Assembly (NCBI GenBank): GCA_965224245.1
Contig: OZ245046.1
Location: 5,440,001 to 5,504,000 of the forward strand
From: Candidatus Eiseniibacteriota bacterium
Lineage (GTDB): Bacteria; Eisenbacteria; RBG-16-71-46; CAZAMP01
Reading direction: 5' to 3'
DNA length: 64,000 nt
Position 1 is the first letter of the stretch. Each line of letters opens with the position of its first letter. A program made the position numbers and the translations under genes. The notes under the pieces are model-generated. The model ran no database searches and had not been told where the DNA came from. It was given only the letters and a program-made list of their open reading frames with translations. Below, piece after piece: positions 41,669 through 51,698 of this stretch.

Positions 41669-44600
41669 GTGCCGCGCGACAGAGCCCACTCCGATCGATT
41701 CCCCAGCTTCGACGGCGCGTGCGGGTCATGCGCCGCCTTCGGCGCGGGGCTCCTGGCCCTGGCCACGACCCTCGCCGGGTCGGCGTCGGCCGAGTGCACG
41801 CTGAGCGCGTCCGACGCGGCCCGCGTCACGCAGCTCGAGGATGCGGTCGAGCGCCACGTCACCACGGCACGCTTCGACTCCGCCAGCGTGGCGGCGGAGG
41901 AGATCGAGACGCTGTGGTCGCGGGCCGACGTCGCGGGCATGCCGTGCGGTCCCGCGATCGAGTGGCGCTGGGAGCACGACGCCTACCGGACCGTGGCCGG
42001 GCTGGACGCACCGGACCGCGAGCGGTTCGCCCGCTCGTCCGGGGAGCTGCGACACGCCATCGCGCTCCAGCGCGGGAGTCACACCGACAGCGCCGTCGTC
42101 ATCTTCGAGAGCATCGCGTCGCTCTACTCCCGCACGCTCGGTCCCGGCCATCCGTGGACGGCGCAGGTCGACGGGCGGCTCGCGCTGGCGCTTCACGCCG
42201 ATCGGCGTCCCGACGAGGCGCTGCCCATCGCGTACCGGTACCTCGACGGGCTGGTGTCCGCGTACGGAGAAGAGCACGTGGAGGTCGCGAAGGCGGAGTA
42301 CAACGTCGCCCGCATCGAGCGGGCGCTCGGACACTTTCCCGACGCCGAGGCACTCCTACGGTCGTCGCTGGCCCGGCGCGAGCGACTCTTCGGGGCCGAC
42401 GGCGCCGGTGTCGTGGTGGCGCTGACCGCGCTGGCCGACGTGTTGAAGGAGCTCGGCCGATACGCCGAGGCGGCGCCCCTGGCCCGGCGATCGGTGGCGA
42501 TCCGTCGAGCCGAGTACGGCGACGACCACCCGCGGGTCGCCACCGGGCTCAACGGGCTCGGAACGATCCTGGAGGCGCTCGGCGAGTATCGAGAGGCCGA
42601 GCGCGCGTATCGCGAGGCGCTGGCCATTCGCGAGGCGTCGCTGGCCGCGGAGGATCCCGGCATTGCCTACGTGCTCCGGAATCTCGCGATCACGCTTCAG
42701 CGACAGGGACGGTTCACCGAGGCGGCGGCGCTGCTGGCCCGCTCGATCTCGATCGCGGAGGCGGCCTGGGGACGGGACGACGATCGCGTGGCCCGGCACG
42801 TGCGATCGCTCGCGCTGGTGTACGCGGCGCTCGGCGACCACGAGCGGGCCGAGGCGCTCGATCGTGAGGTGATCGCCACGCTGCGCCGGGCCCTCGGCGA
42901 CGAGCATCCCGAGGTGGCCAAGACGCTCCTGAACCTCGTCGACGCGCTCGTGCCCCAGAGACGACATGCCGAGGCGATGACCGTGCTGGACGAGGCGATC
43001 GAGATCGGACGCCGCCCGAACGCCTCGCGCGTCCATCTCGCGACGAGCCTGATGATGAAGGGTGTGCTCCTCCGGCGCGACCATCGTCTCGACGAAGCCG
43101 AGGTCGCGGTCGAGGAGGCGCTCGGCATCCTGCGCGAGCAGGTGGACGCCGACCATCCGCTGGTGGCGCAGACTCTGGAGTCGCTAGGGGGGCTGGCCCG
43201 CGCTCGCGGTGACTACCGGACCGCGTTGACGTTTCTGACGCAGGCCACCGAGGCGAGGCGCGCGCGGCTCGGTCCCGAGCACCAGCGCGTGGCATCGGGG
43301 CTTCTCGCATCCGCGCTGTGTCATCTCGGGCTCGGCGAGGGCGACGCGGCATACCGGGACGCGGCCGAGGCCGAGGAGGTGGCCCGCGATCATCTCGCGC
43401 TGATGAGCTCGGCGACGTCGGAGGCTCTCGCGCTCGCGTACGCCGACACACGCACGTCGGGGCTGGATCTCATGACGACGCTGGCGGTGGAGCCGGTGAC
43501 CGAGCACGGCGATCCTCCGACCCCGTCGGCCGACATCGCCCGTCAGGCCCGCGTATCCGCGACGTGGGATGCGATCGTCCGCTCGCGAGGACTCGTCGTG
43601 GACGCGATGGCGGCCCGACAGCGGCGCGCGTTCGAGACCGCGTCGGACCGGGTCCGTTCGCTCGTCTCCGAGCTGGCCGATGCGCGCGAGCAGCTGGCCA
43701 ACCTGGCCTTCACGAACGTCGACGAGGTGGAGGAGGATGTGTACCGGCGCTCGCTGGCCGCGGCTCGCTCGCGCCGGCGCGAGGCCGAGGAGGCGCTGAC
43801 GCGCGAGATGGGCGCGGTGCCGGGCGCGGTGGCCGACGTGGGTCTCGCGGACGTCCGCGCGGGGCTCCCGGCCGACGGCGCGCTGGTGGCGTACTGGCGC
43901 TACGAGCGGGCCGATGCGCGGCCGGATGCACCACGTGAGCCGAGGATCGGCGCGTTCGTTCTCGCGGGACCCGATCGCGCCCCGCGCGCGATCGACCTCG
44001 GTCCCGAGCGCGCGATCGACGACGCGGTCCGGGCCTGGCGCGCGACGCTCGTGGACGCCGCCACGCGATCCGACCTCGCCGGCGCCGAGGACGACCACCG
44101 CCGTGCATCGCGACGGCTGGCCGAGCGGATCTGGGATCCGATCCGGCGCGACGTCGCGGACGCCGGACACGTCTTCGTCGTGCCGGACGGCGCCGTGCTG
44201 GTCGTGAACCTCGCGGCGCTGGTCGGTCCCGACGGACGGTACCTCGTCGAGAGCGAGACGCCGCTGACGACGCTGGGCGTCGAGCGGGACCTCGTCGACG
44301 CCCCGGGCGAGAGCGCCGGGGGGCTTCTCCTCGTCGGGGATCCCGACTACGGAGAGGCGCTGGTCACGGTCTCGCCCGGCGGGTCGGCGACGCCCGCCGA
44401 CCGGACGGACGCGCCGGGCTTCGCGCCGCTCCCGGGGACCCGGGTCGAGGTGGAGACGATCGCAGGGCTGTGGGACGCCCCCGAGGATCTGGTCGTGCTG
44501 ACCGGCGCCGACGCCACCGAGGCCGCCTTCAAGCGCGCGGCACCGCGGTTCGGCCTGCTCCACGTGGCGACGCACGGGTTCTTTCTCGATGCCGGGACCA

Positions 44601-45109
44601 CCCGTCGCGAGGGGCTCCGCGGCGCCGGCGAGATCGCCGTCGCGTCCTCGTCGAGCCGCCCTCGGCGCGCGCCACGGAGCCCGCTCCTCCGGTCGGGGCT
44701 CGTCCTGGCCGGCGCGAACGCACGCGGAGAGCGGGACGGCGACGCCGACGACGGCATCCTGACCGCCGAGGAGATCGCCGGGCTCGATCTGGCCCGGGTC
44801 GGGTGCGTGGTGCTGTCGGCGTGCGACACCGGGCTGGGAGAGGTGCGGGCCGGCGAGGGGGTCTTCGGCCTGCGGCGGGCGTTTCGCATCGCCGGCGCGC
44901 ACGGGGTGGTCATGAGCCTGTGGCCGGTGGACGACACGGCGACAGAGGCGTGGATGCGCGCCTGGTATCGCGCCCGGCTCGACGACCGGGTGGGCATGAC
45001 GGAGGCGGTACGGGTCGCGTCACGGTCGGTGATCCGCGATCGCCGCGCGCGGGGGGAGAGCACGCACCCGTTTCTGTGGGGTGCGTTCGTCGGCGTCGGG
45101 CGCGAGTGA
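41669..45109 (+). CDS. Exported TPR-CHAT (caspase-like) protease
   Basis: Signal peptide; many TPR units (DHPRVATGLNGLG); CHAT motifs VVPDG, LPGTRVE, HVATHG (His), LSACDTG (Cys), SLWPVDD, HPFLWGAF. Confidence 0.93.
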   Translation: MPRDRAHSDRFPSFDGACGSCAAFGAGLLALATTLAGSASAECTLSASDAARVTQLEDAVERHVTTARFDSASVAAEEIETLWSRADVAGMPCGPAIEWRWEHDAYRTVAGLDAPDRERFARSSGELRHAIALQRGSHTDSAVVIFESIASLYSRTLGPGHPWTAQVDGRLALALHADRRPDEALPIAYRYLDGLVSAYGEEHVEVAKAEYNVARIERALGHFPDAEALLRSSLARRERLFGADGAGVVVALTALADVLKELGRYAEAAPLARRSVAIRRAEYGDDHPRVATGLNGLGTILEALGEYREAERAYREALAIREASLAAEDPGIAYVLRNLAITLQRQGRFTEAAALLARSISIAEAAWGRDDDRVARHVRSLALVYAALGDHERAEALDREVIATLRRALGDEHPEVAKTLLNLVDALVPQRRHAEAMTVLDEAIEIGRRPNASRVHLATSLMMKGVLLRRDHRLDEAEVAVEEALGILREQVDADHPLVAQTLESLGGLARARGDYRTALTFLTQATEARRARLGPEHQRVASGLLASALCHLGLGEGDAAYRDAAEAEEVARDHLALMSSATSEALALAYADTRTSGLDLMTTLAVEPVTEHGDPPTPSADIARQARVSATWDAIVRSRGLVVDAMAARQRRAFETASDRVRSLVSELADAREQLANLAFTNVDEVEEDVYRRSLAAARSRRREAEEALTREMGAVPGAVADVGLADVRAGLPADGALVAYWRYERADARPDAPREPRIGAFVLAGPDRAPRAIDLGPERAIDDAVRAWRATLVDAATRSDLAGAEDDHRRASRRLAERIWDPIRRDVADAGHVFVVPDGAVLVVNLAALVGPDGRYLVESETPLTTLGVERDLVDAPGESAGGLLLVGDPDYGEALVTVSPGGSATPADRTDAPGFAPLPGTRVEVETIAGLWDAPEDLVVLTGADATEAAFKRAAPRFGLLHVATHGFFLDAGTTRREGLRGAGEIAVASSSSRPRRAPRSPLLRSGLVLAGANARGERDGDADDGILTAEEIAGLDLARVGCVVLSACDTGLGEVRAGEGVFGLRRAFRIAGAHGVVMSLWPVDDTATEAWMRAWYRARLDDRVGMTEAVRVASRSVIRDRRARGESTHPFLWGAFVGVGRE

Positions 45110-45226
45110 GTCGACGGAGTCCGCCGCGCGAGGCGCCGGCGGGCTCAGCGCACGACGGCCGTCGCCGGTGGCCGCAACACGTCCCACGGGTCCGGGCGCG
45201 TGCGGATGGAGATCGCGCCATCGCGA

Positions 45227-46903
45227 TCAACGTCGGCGCGGTGCGAACGCGTAGCCGATCGACAGCTCCACCCATCGCTCACCGTGCGGCGCGGTGCCGG
45301 CGTGATGAAAGTGGTACGTGCCCGCGACCTCGATCGCCGCGTCGCCGCGTGTCGGCAGGCGAACGCCGGCGCCGGCGTAGAAGCCGGCCTGCGTCGATTC
45401 GCGCGCGATGAGGTCGCCCTCCAGCGCGACGCGATGGCCGGCGCCCCCGGCCCGCACGAACGCCTCGTTCCCGCTCGATGGGAGATCGACGTCGGCGCGA
45501 AGGCCGGCCGAGAACTGCGTCAGGGTGTAGTGCGGGTCGCGATCCTCCTCGGGCTCGGTGTCGACCAGAGCGGAGTAGCGCCCGCTCAGCGCCGCGCGCA
45601 TCAGCGATGTCTCCGCGGAGGCCGGTGAGCCGTCGATCGGGAACCGGGAGCCGACGCGGATGCCGTTGCCGTGGGAGATCCCCACCGACAGGCCGCGAAG
45701 CGGCGTCACCCGCGCGTACGCGACCGAGAACGACGGTGTCGACAGATGACGGGGTCGGGGCCGATCGCCGGAGGCGACGATCTCCAGCCCGAACTTGTTG
45801 ACCGACGACTCGAGGGCGCGTGCTTGTGGGACGCGCGCGTAGTCGAAGCGGAGATCGACCGCGAGAGGCAGGGGCACGACGATCCCCATGCCGTAGGTAT
45901 GATCGAGGATGTCCCCGTCCCGGTCGTGTACGTATCCGAATCGGCCGAACACGATTCCCTCCGCCGACACCTCGTTGCCCCAGTTGCGAATGAAACGCTC
46001 GCGATAGCTGCCGTCCTCGGCCAGGATGATCTGCGGCTGATTGCTGTCGAAGGCGGCCGTCCACGCGAGCGGGCCGGCAACGATCTCCACGGCGACGCCG
46101 TCGCGGCGGATCCGGCCCAGCGGCGAGGCCTGTCCCTCGTCGATGAAGGTGATGCTCTCCTTGCCGTTTCCGAGGAACGTCCGGTTCGTCCAGGCCATGC
46201 CGGCCGACACGCGGAGTGCAGGGGAGGTGAGCGCGGGCGGGCCACCCAGTGGACGCCACACCGGCGTGCGCACGATGAGTCCGTAATCCCACACCCAGGC
46301 GTCGCCCTTGCCCGCTTCGCCGTCCGGTGTGGCCCAGGCCGGCGCGAGATCGACCGTGACCTCCTTGACCGTGACCCCGACCGAGAGCACGTCGCCCGGA
46401 ACGTACGGGATCGACTCGCGCACGGACCGGGGCGCGAGCTCGAGCGGCGTGAGCGCCAGTGTTGCGCCCAGCGCTCGCTCGTACGACTCGAACTCGCCGA
46501 GCTCCTCTTCCTCGTCGCTGATCGCGGTCGAGAGGCCGTAGCTGAGATCGGTCGTCTGGAGCGAGATCGCGACGCCCCGGAGCGGCACGGTCGCGGCCCA
46601 GAATCCGAACGTGACGTCGTGCGCGAGACCGGGAACCAGCACGGTCAGAGGTTCGGTTCCGAACAGGCGCGGCGATCGCACGTTCGTCACCGCGGCGGGG
46701 TTCCACCAGGCGGCGGTGCCGTCCGACGCGATGGCCGATCCGGCCCGTCCCATCCCGTCGTATCGACCACCGGGGGTGATGAGGAGCGACTGGGCGCCCG
46801 CGGTGCTCTGTGCGTACGCGTCGCGGCTGATCATCGACAGCGAGCAAGTGATCAGACCGGTCACCGCGAGCCGGTGCCAACGCGCCGTCGGGAGTCGTGT
46901 CAC
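45227..46903 (-). CDS. PorV/PorQ-family outer-membrane barrel with extra C-terminal barrel-like domain
   Basis: AGAQSLLITPGGRYDGMGRAGSAIASDGTAAWWNPA is the PorV-type N-terminus; amphipathic strands; AAGGAGG before GTG 46903. Confidence 0.75.
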   Translation of the reverse strand: MTRLPTARWHRLAVTGLITCSLSMISRDAYAQSTAGAQSLLITPGGRYDGMGRAGSAIASDGTAAWWNPAAVTNVRSPRLFGTEPLTVLVPGLAHDVTFGFWAATVPLRGVAISLQTTDLSYGLSTAISDEEEELGEFESYERALGATLALTPLELAPRSVRESIPYVPGDVLSVGVTVKEVTVDLAPAWATPDGEAGKGDAWVWDYGLIVRTPVWRPLGGPPALTSPALRVSAGMAWTNRTFLGNGKESITFIDEGQASPLGRIRRDGVAVEIVAGPLAWTAAFDSNQPQIILAEDGSYRERFIRNWGNEVSAEGIVFGRFGYVHDRDGDILDHTYGMGIVVPLPLAVDLRFDYARVPQARALESSVNKFGLEIVASGDRPRPRHLSTPSFSVAYARVTPLRGLSVGISHGNGIRVGSRFPIDGSPASAETSLMRAALSGRYSALVDTEPEEDRDPHYTLTQFSAGLRADVDLPSSGNEAFVRAGGAGHRVALEGDLIARESTQAGFYAGAGVRLPTRGDAAIEVAGTYHFHHAGTAPHGERWVELSIGYAFAPRRR

Positions 46904-47207
46904 GCCGTCCTCCTTCCGTGGGCTCCGGACGATCGGCCGGCGGGAGGGGGTCATGGAGCCGCCTGGGTGCACCCCGCGCTGGGTCGTGCCTCACCCGCTG
47001 TGGCACGCCCGTGCCTGCATGGGTTTTGTAACCCCCGGTGGACCCGCTGCCAACCGGAGGCCGAACGGGTCACGGACCGGTCACCTACCGCCGCCGGACG
47101 CCGCGGCGAGATTCTCGCGAGGGCCGTGTCGGTGATCGTCCGAAAACGTCGCCCATGGAGATACCCGCGATCGGGGCCCCGCACCCCGGACCTGGAGGAT
47201 CTCCAAG

Positions 47208-49721
47208 ATGCTGTCTCTCAGTCTGTTGCGTGACAAGAAGCGGCCCACGGCGCTGATCGCGTCGCTCGTCGTCTCGGTCGTCCCGGTGGCGATGGCCCCG
47301 GCCGCCCCCGCCGATCCCGCCGCCGCCGCCGCCGGCGGCCGGTACGCCAGCGAGCCCGACTGGATCGAGGTGATCTTCGCGCCCACGTCCCGCGTTCGCC
47401 TGCGGGACGGTGCGCTGCGCGACCTCGGAGAGCCCGCGCTGGCCGGGGTCGGCGTCGTGCTGGCGCAGGTGGATGCGCCGCAGTGGCATCGGCTCACGCA
47501 CCTCGAGGAGTCCGAGATCGATGCGATGCGCGAACGCGGCATCGCGAACACGGGCCGCGACGTCCCCGATCTCAACAACGTCTACCGCCTCCACGTCGGC
47601 TCCGGCGAGGTCTGGGACCTGAGTGCGAAGCTGGAGGCCCTGCCGGGAATCGCGCTGGCACGACCAGTTCCGCTGCCGGTTCCGGCGCCGATACCGCCCG
47701 CGTATGCCCAGGAGTATCGCGCGTCCGGCGCGTGGAGCCCGTCGGGGATGGGGCACGACTACTTCGCGCAGTTCCCGTTCGGCACCGGAGCCGGCGCGCA
47801 CGTGTGTGATCTCGAGTACAACTGGACGTTCACCCACGCCGACGTGTCGAAGCTCGCCGGCTCGCAGATCAACCCGACGTTCGTGCCCTGGGGTGGCGAG
47901 GAGCACGGTACCGCCGTGGCGGGCATGCTCGTGGCCGACGACAACGGCTGGGGCATCACCGGGCTCTGTCCCGATGCGAACTTCTGGACCTGTGGCACCT
48001 ACTACGGGGCCGCGCCCACGTGGAATCCGGCGGGCGCGATCCTGATCGCGAGCGCCTTCCTGCCGCCCGGTGGCGTGATCCTGCTCGAGCAGCAGTGGGA
48101 CTACGACGACCCGACGACGACCGGGCCCGACTACGTCCCGATCGAGTTCTACCTGGACTACTGGCCGTCGGCTCAGACCGCGAACGCCGTCTACCAGGCG
48201 ATCCAGCTGGCGACCGCGAACCTCCAGTACGTCGTCGAGGCGGCAGGGAACGGCAGCTACGACCTGGGCTCCATCGGGGTCGTCGGGGACTCGGGCGCGA
48301 TCATCGTCGGCGCCGGCGGCGGAACGGCGGGGAACGATCGTCAACGGCTCCCGTTCTCCAGCCACGGGTTCCGCGTCAACGTGCAGGGGTGGGGCGAGAA
48401 CGTCGTGACCACCGGCTACGGCACGCTGTGGGAGGAGGGCCTCACCGACGACTACGACTTCACGGCGACGTTCTCGGGGACGTCGAGCGCATCGGCCCAC
48501 GTCGCCGGCGCGGTGACCGTGTACTCGGCGTTCCACACGCCGACGTTCGGGGTGCTCGCGCCGAACACGATGCGCGACCAGCTCATCCTCAACGGGACCG
48601 ACCAGGTCTACGGGCTGCCCGGCTACATCGGACCGCGACCGGATCTGATGCGTCTTCACATGCTGTACGCACCGTATCCGATGCACCTGGGCCGCGACTT
48701 CGGCGACGCGCCGGAGGGCGTCCGGGCCTATCCGCCGACGCCCATCATCGGAGAGTTCCCCACGGTCTTCGGCCCGAGCGTCTCACCGGATGCGATGATG
48801 CACGCGCCTCACCCGGGGATCGCGCTGCACCTGGGGAGCATGATCGACTACGAGTTCGAGGGGAACGGAGGTGTGCCGTACCTCCAGTTCCACGAGGTTG
48901 ACTGGGACGAGTGCGACGACGCGTCGCCGGCGGACGACGGGCTTCTCTTCCCGCGCTCGTTCACGATCGACGGCGGGACGATCGCGCCGTGCACCACGCC
49001 CGACGTGCTCGGTCCGCGGTGCGGGCTCGTGAGCTGGGGCACCGACATCGACGTCGAGATCGTCAACCAGCTCCCCGACCCGGCGTACCTGAACGTGATC
49101 TTCGACTGGAACCAGGACGGGAAGTGGGGAGGCTCCGACAACGGATGCGGCTTTCGCGTGCCCGAGCTGGCCCTGGAGAACGTGCCCATCCCGACGACCG
49201 GAGCCACGCCGGTCCCGCTCTCGCAGCTCGTCCCGGGGCTGCCCCCGATCGCCACCGGCTCGGGGTCGGTGGTCTGGGTCCGGTTCACGTTGACCGACAC
49301 CCCGCTCCCGTTCCCGGCGACGTGGGACGGCGGGCTCGGATCCGGCGGCTGGGGCGTGATGCCCTACGGGGAGACCGAGGACTTCCTCCTGGCGCTCGAC
49401 GAGGAGTCGCTGGCCGTAGGCGATGGCGCGGGCACCGGCGGCGCCGTGCTGGAGATCGCCGGCGCGTTCCCGAACCCGTTCCGGAGCCGGATCGCCATCG
49501 GCTTCTCGCTCGAGTCGGCGACCGCGGTGACGGTCCGCATCTTCGACGTGTCCGGACGGCTGGTGCGCGATCTCGGGGCCGTTCCCCTGGACGCGGGCCC
49601 GCACCGCATCGTCTGGGACGGCCGCGACCAGGGTGCTCGTGACGTGGCGAACGGGCAGTACTTCGCCACGATCCGTGCGGCCGACACCGAGCGCACGGTC
49701 CGCCTTCAGCTCCTTCGCTGA
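47208..49721 (+). CDS. Secreted S8 subtilisin-like protease with GEVED-like and FlgD-Ig C-terminal domains
   Basis: Triad motifs CDLE, HGTAVAG, FSGTSSASAHVAG; AAGNG; YGETEDFLL; PNPF...IFDVSGRLVR...WDGRD. Confidence 0.88.
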   Translation: MLSLSLLRDKKRPTALIASLVVSVVPVAMAPAAPADPAAAAAGGRYASEPDWIEVIFAPTSRVRLRDGALRDLGEPALAGVGVVLAQVDAPQWHRLTHLEESEIDAMRERGIANTGRDVPDLNNVYRLHVGSGEVWDLSAKLEALPGIALARPVPLPVPAPIPPAYAQEYRASGAWSPSGMGHDYFAQFPFGTGAGAHVCDLEYNWTFTHADVSKLAGSQINPTFVPWGGEEHGTAVAGMLVADDNGWGITGLCPDANFWTCGTYYGAAPTWNPAGAILIASAFLPPGGVILLEQQWDYDDPTTTGPDYVPIEFYLDYWPSAQTANAVYQAIQLATANLQYVVEAAGNGSYDLGSIGVVGDSGAIIVGAGGGTAGNDRQRLPFSSHGFRVNVQGWGENVVTTGYGTLWEEGLTDDYDFTATFSGTSSASAHVAGAVTVYSAFHTPTFGVLAPNTMRDQLILNGTDQVYGLPGYIGPRPDLMRLHMLYAPYPMHLGRDFGDAPEGVRAYPPTPIIGEFPTVFGPSVSPDAMMHAPHPGIALHLGSMIDYEFEGNGGVPYLQFHEVDWDECDDASPADDGLLFPRSFTIDGGTIAPCTTPDVLGPRCGLVSWGTDIDVEIVNQLPDPAYLNVIFDWNQDGKWGGSDNGCGFRVPELALENVPIPTTGATPVPLSQLVPGLPPIATGSGSVVWVRFTLTDTPLPFPATWDGGLGSGGWGVMPYGETEDFLLALDEESLAVGDGAGTGGAVLEIAGAFPNPFRSRIAIGFSLESATAVTVRIFDVSGRLVRDLGAVPLDAGPHRIVWDGRDQGARDVANGQYFATIRAADTERTVRLQLLR

Positions 49722-49895
49722 TCGCGGACCGTCACGGCCCACGAGGGCGTCGTGCGGGGGAGCCACCGGTCGAGTGGCTCTCGCACGACGCCGGCGAGCC
49801 CCCCATCCCTTGCCGAGCCCGGTATCGTGCAACCCGGACCCCAGCGCCTCCGTTGCCCCTCGAGACGTCCACTCCAACGGAAGGATCCCGACGAC

Positions 49896-51674
49896 ATGGC
49901 CACCACGACCCGCGCGCCCCGCGCTCGCCGCCCAGGCTGGATCATCGGGACCGGCGCCTTCCGGTCGACCGTCACGACCGGACTGCTCTCGGTGATCGCG
50001 GGTCTCTCGGTGCTCGCCACGGATATCGTCGCACCCGTGTCGACGGCCGAGGCCTCCGAGCCGCGATCTGCGGACGGCGGCGCCGACGAGCGCCGGGACG
50101 ATCTCGCCGTTCTGGTCGATCGGATCCGGGCGATCCATCCCGATCCGTTCCTCGCCACGCCGGAGGCGGATTTCGACGCCCACGTCGAGGCGCTGGAGGC
50201 TCGCCTCGAGACGCTGACCGACGTCGAGCTGCTCGTGGAGCTTCAGCGCCTGGTGGCGCTTCTTCACGATGGTCACTCCGCGATCAACCTCGGATCGGCG
50301 GGATCCCCGTTCGATCTTCAGTATCCGGTGGTGATCTACCCGTTCGACGACGGCGTGTACGTGACCGGGGCGAACGCGGCGTACGCGCGTCTCGTGGGTG
50401 GACGCGTCGTGCGCATCGGCGACCTCCCGGTGGACGACGCGCTGGCCCGGATCCGCGACGCCGTGAGCGGCGAGAACGAGCTCACGTATCAGGATCGCAC
50501 CCCGAACGCGTTGACGATCCCACCCCTCCTGCACGCGCTCGGCATCTCGCCCGACCCCGACCGCGTCGAGATCGAGGTCGAGACCGGGGACGGCTCCCGG
50601 GTGCGCGAGACCGTCGCCCCGGTCGCCGCGAGCGCCTTCACGTTCGTCGGGCCCGAGGTCGTGGGAGACGACGTCGTGAGGGCACGCACGGCGGAGACGC
50701 CGCTGCATCTCCGCGATCCCCGGCGCACGTTCTGGTACGAGCTCCTCGCGGACGAGAAGCTCCTGTACGTGCAGCTCAACGCCGTGCGAAACGAGGCGGA
50801 CGAGTCGTTGCGCGCGTTCTTCGAGCGCGTGTTTGCGCTCGCCGACGAGGAAGATGTAGAGACGTTCGTCCTGGACATTCGCTATAACCACGGCGGCAAC
50901 AACCAGCTCCTGAGGCCACTGATCCACGGTCTCATTCGCCGGAACGAGACCATCGGACGCCCGGGGCATCTGTACACGATCATCGGCAGGGGGACGTTCT
51001 CGGCCGCGGTCTCCTGCACCGCGTGGCTCGAGGAGCACACGAACGTGCGCTTCGTCGGGGAGCCCACGAGCTCGGGGCCAAACCACTTCGGTGATGCCGA
51101 GTCGTTCACGCTGCCGCACTCCGGCGCCCGTGTGTGGATCTCGGCGTGGCGCTGGCAGACACGCCTACCCTGGGACGATCGTGTCTTCTTCGCTCCGGCC
51201 ATCGCGGCGCCGCCGACGTTCGCGGACTACGTCGCGGGCGTGGACCCGTCGCTGGAGGCGATTCGGCTTGCCGGGCACGCTCCGGCCCTCGGGGACGTCC
51301 TCCGGGCCGCCCTGGAGGAAGACGGCGTCGACGCGGCCCGTGAGCGCTACGTCGCCTACAAGGCCGAGCATCCCGACCGGTGGGGCGTGACGACCGAGGC
51401 CGAGCTGAACGCGCTCGGCTACGCCTTGCTCGAGGACGACGCCGTCGGGGCGGCCGTCGCGGTCTTCACGATGAATGCCGAGACGTATCCGTCGAGTGCG
51501 AACACATGGGACAGCCTGGCCGAGGGTCACCTCCGCGCGGGCGATCGGGCGCGCGCGATCGCGCTGTACGAGAAGGCGCTCCAGGTCGATCCCGGATTCG
51601 AGAACGCGCGCCGCATGCTCGCGGAGCTGACGGGATCGCGATCACACGACGGGGGGGCGCGCGGCGGACACTGA
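49896..51674 (+). CDS. Exported S41-like peptidase with C-terminal TPR
   Basis: HDGHS, LDIRYNHGGN, TFSAA, VGEPT; TPR NTWDSLAEGHLRAGD. Confidence 0.78.
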   Translation: MATTTRAPRARRPGWIIGTGAFRSTVTTGLLSVIAGLSVLATDIVAPVSTAEASEPRSADGGADERRDDLAVLVDRIRAIHPDPFLATPEADFDAHVEALEARLETLTDVELLVELQRLVALLHDGHSAINLGSAGSPFDLQYPVVIYPFDDGVYVTGANAAYARLVGGRVVRIGDLPVDDALARIRDAVSGENELTYQDRTPNALTIPPLLHALGISPDPDRVEIEVETGDGSRVRETVAPVAASAFTFVGPEVVGDDVVRARTAETPLHLRDPRRTFWYELLADEKLLYVQLNAVRNEADESLRAFFERVFALADEEDVETFVLDIRYNHGGNNQLLRPLIHGLIRRNETIGRPGHLYTIIGRGTFSAAVSCTAWLEEHTNVRFVGEPTSSGPNHFGDAESFTLPHSGARVWISAWRWQTRLPWDDRVFFAPAIAAPPTFADYVAGVDPSLEAIRLAGHAPALGDVLRAALEEDGVDAARERYVAYKAEHPDRWGVTTEAELNALGYALLEDDAVGAAVAVFTMNAETYPSSANTWDSLAEGHLRAGDRARAIALYEKALQVDPGFENARRMLAELTGSRSHDGGARGGH

Positions 51675-51698
51675 CGCGTACGTGCAGGCGAGCCGCGG

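Noticed and set aside
41669-45109. CRISPR (type III-E) association of the TPR-CHAT
   Set aside because: No cas genes or repeat-spacer array in the window, and the protein has a signal peptide
47001-47014. TGGCACG...TGC sigma-54-like promoter upstream of the S8 protease
   Set aside because: GG-to-GC spacing is 9 nt, not the required 10
31078-51698. Genomic island between cox and ctaB/ctaA
   Set aside because: No integrase, transposase, tRNA or direct repeats, and no visible composition shift
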